Position numbers and translations under genes: made by a program
NCBI GenBank assembly: GCA_049642065.1
Contig: JBAROK010000056.1
Span: 1,072 to 65,071, forward strand
Origin: Candidatus Omnitrophota bacterium
GTDB taxonomy: Bacteria; Omnitrophota; Gorgyraeia; Tantalellales; Tantalellaceae
DNA: 64,000 nucleotides
Direction: 5' to 3'
Notes under the pieces: generated by a model
Told to the model about the DNA's origin: nothing
What the model saw: the letters and a program-made list of their open reading frames with translations, nothing else
Databases searched by the model: none
Shown: in pieces, positions 60,839 to 64,000 of the stretch
Layout: every line of letters begins with the position of its first letter
How positions within the stretch are numbered: position 1 is the stretch's first letter

Positions 60839-61942
60839 TTATTTGTTAAGTTCTTCGATGGCTTCAGCAGTTATTTCATCTATTAGTTCTTTTACGGGCA
60901 CTATTTTCTTGATCTTTGAAACATTAGTCCCGGTAAGTACTACCGCGTTGTCTATGTCCCCTTCCACAGCGTCTATCAGCGCTTTAGCGATACAATATTG
61001 GACCGTAGAAGGATCACATGTTCTGAGACACTGATAGTTGCAATCGAATTCTTTTCTTTCGCCGCGCAACACTTCATCAAGAAACTTCGTCCTTATTACT
61101 TTTGCTGGCATACCCACTGGACTTTGTATGAAAACTATATCATCGTCTCCCGAATCAACATAAAGCTGTTTAAATTCATCAGCTGCTGAACACTCAGAAG
61201 TAGCTACAAACCTTGTCCCAAGCTGCACACCTTCTGCCCCCAATTTCAGGAATTTGGCCATGTCTTTCCCGTCAAATATGCCGCCGGCTGCTATAACAGG
61301 TATGTGTACCCCATATTTTTTTTCATATTCAGCGGTCAGCTCTAAAATTTCTTTTATCGTGTTCTCTAAAAGCGGCTTATCTTTCATCTCATCCCTAAGA
61401 GATTCCAGCTCTTCTAAACTGTAACCCGCTATGTGCCCTCCCGACAATGGTCCCTCAACTACAAGAGCATCCGGGAACCTGTCATAACGCCTCTTCCAGG
61501 TCTTAAGCAGGAGTTTAGCCCCTCTAGCAGAAGCAATCAATGGAATTAGTTTTGTCGAAGACCCTTCTGCAAATTCTGGCATACTTATAGGCAGTCCCGC
61601 TCCCGAAATAATATAATCCGCTTTTTCTTCTGCGGCAGTCCTTACCATATCTTCATAATTGCTTAAAGCCACCATTATATTCACACCGATAACTCCATCA
61701 GACAGTTCTCTTGCACGCCTTATCTCCATCCTCAGATGTTCCCTTGAAGACTTAGGTATATCTGCCCTGTTTTCCTTAGTATCAGGGGGAAGTCCCACGC
61801 TGGCAATCGTTCCCGCAGCTCCGCAGTTAGCAACTGCACTGGCCAAGGAAGAAGTAGACACTCTTACACCCATCCCCCCCTGAATGATGGGAACTTTTAT
61901 CTCTAGATCTCCTATAATTAAAGGCTTTAATGTGTTTTTCAT
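60839..61942 (-). CDS. NAD(P)H-dependent flavin oxidoreductase (nitronate monooxygenase / FabK-like).
   Basis: The N-terminus VPIIQGGMGVRVSTSSLASAVANCGAAGTIAS is the NMO FMN-binding signature. Confidence 0.75.
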   Translation of the reverse strand: MKNTLKPLIIGDLEIKVPIIQGGMGVRVSTSSLASAVANCGAAGTIASVGLPPDTKENRADIPKSSREHLRMEIRRARELSDGVIGVNIMVALSNYEDMVRTAAEEKADYIISGAGLPISMPEFAEGSSTKLIPLIASARGAKLLLKTWKRRYDRFPDALVVEGPLSGGHIAGYSLEELESLRDEMKDKPLLENTIKEILELTAEYEKKYGVHIPVIAAGGIFDGKDMAKFLKLGAEGVQLGTRFVATSECSAADEFKQLYVDSGDDDIVFIQSPVGMPAKVIRTKFLDEVLRGERKEFDCNYQCLRTCDPSTVQYCIAKALIDAVEGDIDNAVVLTGTNVSKIKKIVPVKELIDEITAEAIEELNK

Positions 61943-62260
61943 AATATTTTTTTACTCAGTTTCCTCTAGCAAAAATGTTTCCGTTTTAGCTTTTTAAACA
62001 TATTTGAGCGACAATCGATCAAATAAAAAGGTTGTGAATATCCGGCTGGTCTCAATAAATACGAGGATCTTATTTATTATTCACAAAATCCAAAGCAACA
62101 AAGCATCTCTCAACTCAGATGAGGTTTTATTATACCCTTAAATACGAAAGAAAGCAATCGCTGAAAGTCCTTTTACTTAAAAGACTTACGTACTTAATGA
62201 GAGGGGGTGACAACTTATACCCTGTTATCACTCTCCCCAATAGTACAACTAGATTATCTA

Positions 62261-62566
62261 TTATTTCTTCCCGAAACCCTTTTTCATCTGTTTCTGGGAT
62301 TTCTTCATTTCTTTTTCCATGGCCTTCTTAGCTTTTTCTGCTTCTTTCTGAGCGCGTTTTAGTGTCCTCTCGGCCTTCCTGTCAGCTCTGATTGCCTTTG
62401 CTTCTTCAGGAGTCTTCCCTCGTGTGGCAATCCAATCACCAGCCTTATCAATAACGGAATCTTTTGTTACATCTGCTTGTTGACCTCCGCTTCTCTGCGC
62501 TTCGCATACAGTGAACATACCCAGCACCATAGCAAATACCACCAGTAATGTTATAACCTTTCTCAT
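62261..62566 (-). CDS. Small secreted lysine-rich protein.
   Basis: Signal peptide MRKVITLLVVFAMVLGMFTVCEA is followed by a highly charged K/E/A-rich helix. Confidence 0.4.
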   Translation of the reverse strand: MRKVITLLVVFAMVLGMFTVCEAQRSGGQQADVTKDSVIDKAGDWIATRGKTPEEAKAIRADRKAERTLKRAQKEAEKAKKAMEKEMKKSQKQMKKGFGKK

Positions 62567-62674
62567 AATTCCTCCCTTCTTTATTATATAATTCTATCAC
62601 TATTTGTCGTTTTTATTAATCTTTTTATGACTTTTAAAATTTTAGAGCTTTCTGTGTATTACGATATTATTAAA

Positions 62675-63397
62675 TTACCCGATGAAAGATAGCTCTTCTA
62701 GGTGCTCCCTCAGATAAGAAATTGTCCGGAATTTCTTGCGGATCAAAGATCTTTTAAGCCCACAGCATATATTCTTTACTTCCTTCGGGAGAGTCTTATA
62801 TCTTTTGTTTCCTCCGATACAATCATAAAATATACGAATTAAATCATAAATGTCTTCATCTTTATTGCTTTTTTTAGAATCGTTCCAATGATACATATCT
62901 ACCAGTTTTAACTCAAAATTCAAGCCGAACCTATTAACTATAATGTTGTCCTGATGTAAATCCCCATGATACTCATTAAGAAAGTGTATTTCCTCTATAC
63001 CCTTAACGAGACTATAAAGCAGGTGGAGTCCTTGATAATAAGACAATCTTTTCCCGGGAAAATATTTTACAAAATTCGAAAGAAGTTCTCCTTCTACATA
63101 TTCAGAAACCAAAACTTTTATAGGGACCTTTTTGAAAACTAAGTTCTCTTCTGTGTGATAATGTATGAGGATTTTGCAATGACGTAGTTTATGCAGCTTT
63201 TTAGCATACAGGATTGCTGTTTTATTCTTATTATTCCTTTGTGGAAAGAATAGCTTGGCGGCTCTTTCTATTTTTGTATTTATCTCCCTGACTTTATATA
63301 CTTCCCCCTCCCATCCCGCTCCAAGCTGAGAGATGATTTCAAACTTCTTCGCAATAATTCTGCCAGGGGCTAAATCAAATTTTTCAATTCTTACCAT
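62675..63397 (-). CDS. Protein-kinase-like fold protein of the lipopolysaccharide (Kdo/WaaP) kinase family.
   Basis: Gly-loop is LGAGWEGEV, the lysine is RAAKLF and the catalytic loop is HGDLHQDNIIV, followed by KLVDMY; 240 aa. Confidence 0.5.
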   Translation of the reverse strand: MVRIEKFDLAPGRIIAKKFEIISQLGAGWEGEVYKVREINTKIERAAKLFFPQRNNKNKTAILYAKKLHKLRHCKILIHYHTEENLVFKKVPIKVLVSEYVEGELLSNFVKYFPGKRLSYYQGLHLLYSLVKGIEEIHFLNEYHGDLHQDNIIVNRFGLNFELKLVDMYHWNDSKKSNKDEDIYDLIRIFYDCIGGNKRYKTLPKEVKNICCGLKRSLIRKKFRTISYLREHLEELSFIG

Positions 63398-63548
63398 AAT
63401 GGATAATTATATAACATTTTTGGTTAAACCTTGAAGAAAAATAGTTGCTTCCGGGTAAGTTTTTACGATTTACTTGTGCGTCCTAAAATGCCACTTGTCC
63501 ACGAATCAAAAACCCTCGTTTCTATCATTCTCAAGAGCAGGGTATGGA

Positions 63549-64000
63549 TTAATCTTTACTTCCGGCAGATAGCCCCGCTAAATATCCTGTTGAAAACGCT
63601 GCCTGCAGGTTAAACCCCCCGCAATCCCCATCAACATCTATCATTTCACCGGCAAAATATAGCCCTTTTACCTTTTTTGACTCCATAGTTTTTGGGTCTA
63701 TATCTTTTACCGATACTCCACCGCGTGTTATTTGAGCTTTTTCAAATGAAATGATATTTGCAACATTAAATTTTAATCCCTTAAAAAGCATTATGAGCTC
63801 TTTTCTTTCTTCTGATGTTAATTGATTGGCTTTTTTATCTTGAGGGATTCCAGAAAGCTCTAACAGAAGGTTACTAAACCGCATGGGCACGAATTCTTTC
63901 AGAATATTCTTTACCCCCTTAACTGAAGACTCTGAGATTTTCTTTATCAGCATATCTTCTGTTTCTTTTGGATCAAGCATAGGCATTATATCAATTTCTA
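63549..64000 (-). CDS. HI0933-like FAD-dependent flavoprotein; only the C-terminal part is in the window (5' end beyond 64000).
   Basis: The C-terminal LYFAGEMIDVDGDCGGFNLQAAFSTGYLAG is characteristic of the BaiN/HI0933 family. The ORF stays open upstream to the window edge. Confidence 0.6.
   Translation of the reverse strand, partial: EIDIMPMLDPKETEDMLIKKISESSVKGVKNILKEFVPMRFSNLLLELSGIPQDKKANQLTSEERKELIMLFKGLKFNVANIISFEKAQITRGGVSVKDIDPKTMESKKVKGLYFAGEMIDVDGDCGGFNLQAAFSTGYLAGLSAGSKD

Noticed and set aside
61943-62260. 318-bp intergenic region upstream of the NMO operon, considered as a possible sRNA or riboswitch.
   Set aside because: Only an imperfect hairpin (GAGAGGGGGTGACAAC...GTTATCACTCTCC) consistent with a terminator for the small Lys-rich gene. 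No conserved riboswitch motif recognised.
1-64000. Searched by eye for CRISPR arrays, direct or inverted repeats, transposases, integrases, phage genes, tRNA/rRNA and toxin-antitoxin pairs.
   Set aside because: None found. Intergenic regions are short and explained by promoters, terminators or riboswitches. No cloverleaf-like or repeat-spacer structures were seen.

Overview
This is a 64 kb chromosomal window from a moderately AT-rich, apparently diderm, anaerobic bacterium. The lifestyle guess rests on PFOR, a membrane H+-PPase, FeoAB, several radical-SAM enzymes, a TonB-dependent receptor and a DUF2490-like outer-membrane protein. About 55 genes are densely packed, mostly on the minus strand. 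I saw no transposase, integrase, CRISPR array, tRNA or rRNA. 

Recognisable housekeeping content:
- Signalling: a sensor kinase plus receiver pair at the 5' edge.
- Central metabolism: hppA, apt, sua5/tsaC, purC, GTP-PEPCK, nfi, efp and PFOR.
- A complete glycine-cleavage module, lplA-like, gcvPB, gcvPA, gcvH and gcvT, with a consensus sigma70 promoter and a structured leader, and lipA just upstream.
- recR and dnaX; the polyamine genes nspC and carboxynorspermidine dehydrogenase; dtxR, feoA and feoB.
- A thiE, thiS, thiG, thiH, thiF operon behind a clear TPP riboswitch; also ttcA, arsC, a ThyX-like gene and larB/larE.

Less ordinary elements:
- A 1494-aa secreted or membrane-anchored protein with a central, intact GGDEF domain (GGEEF plus an RxxD I-site) flanked by about 850 aa and 480 aa of unassigned sequence.
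- A hybrid receiver-PAS histidine kinase split into two ORFs by a +/-1 frameshift at an A8/T8 homopolymer.
- An operon of two flavoenzymes, LarE, LarB and a cupin, with no LarC or LarA in the window.
- A TonB receptor, PF04392-type binding protein and sensor kinase operon next to a tandem-repeat TIGR04073-like secreted protein.
- A ROK glucokinase, glycogen-synthase-like GT-B transferase, glycogenin-like GT8 and secreted hypothetical protein operon.
- A tandem-duplicated ThyX.

All calls rest on motif and family recognition by eye. No database searches were run.
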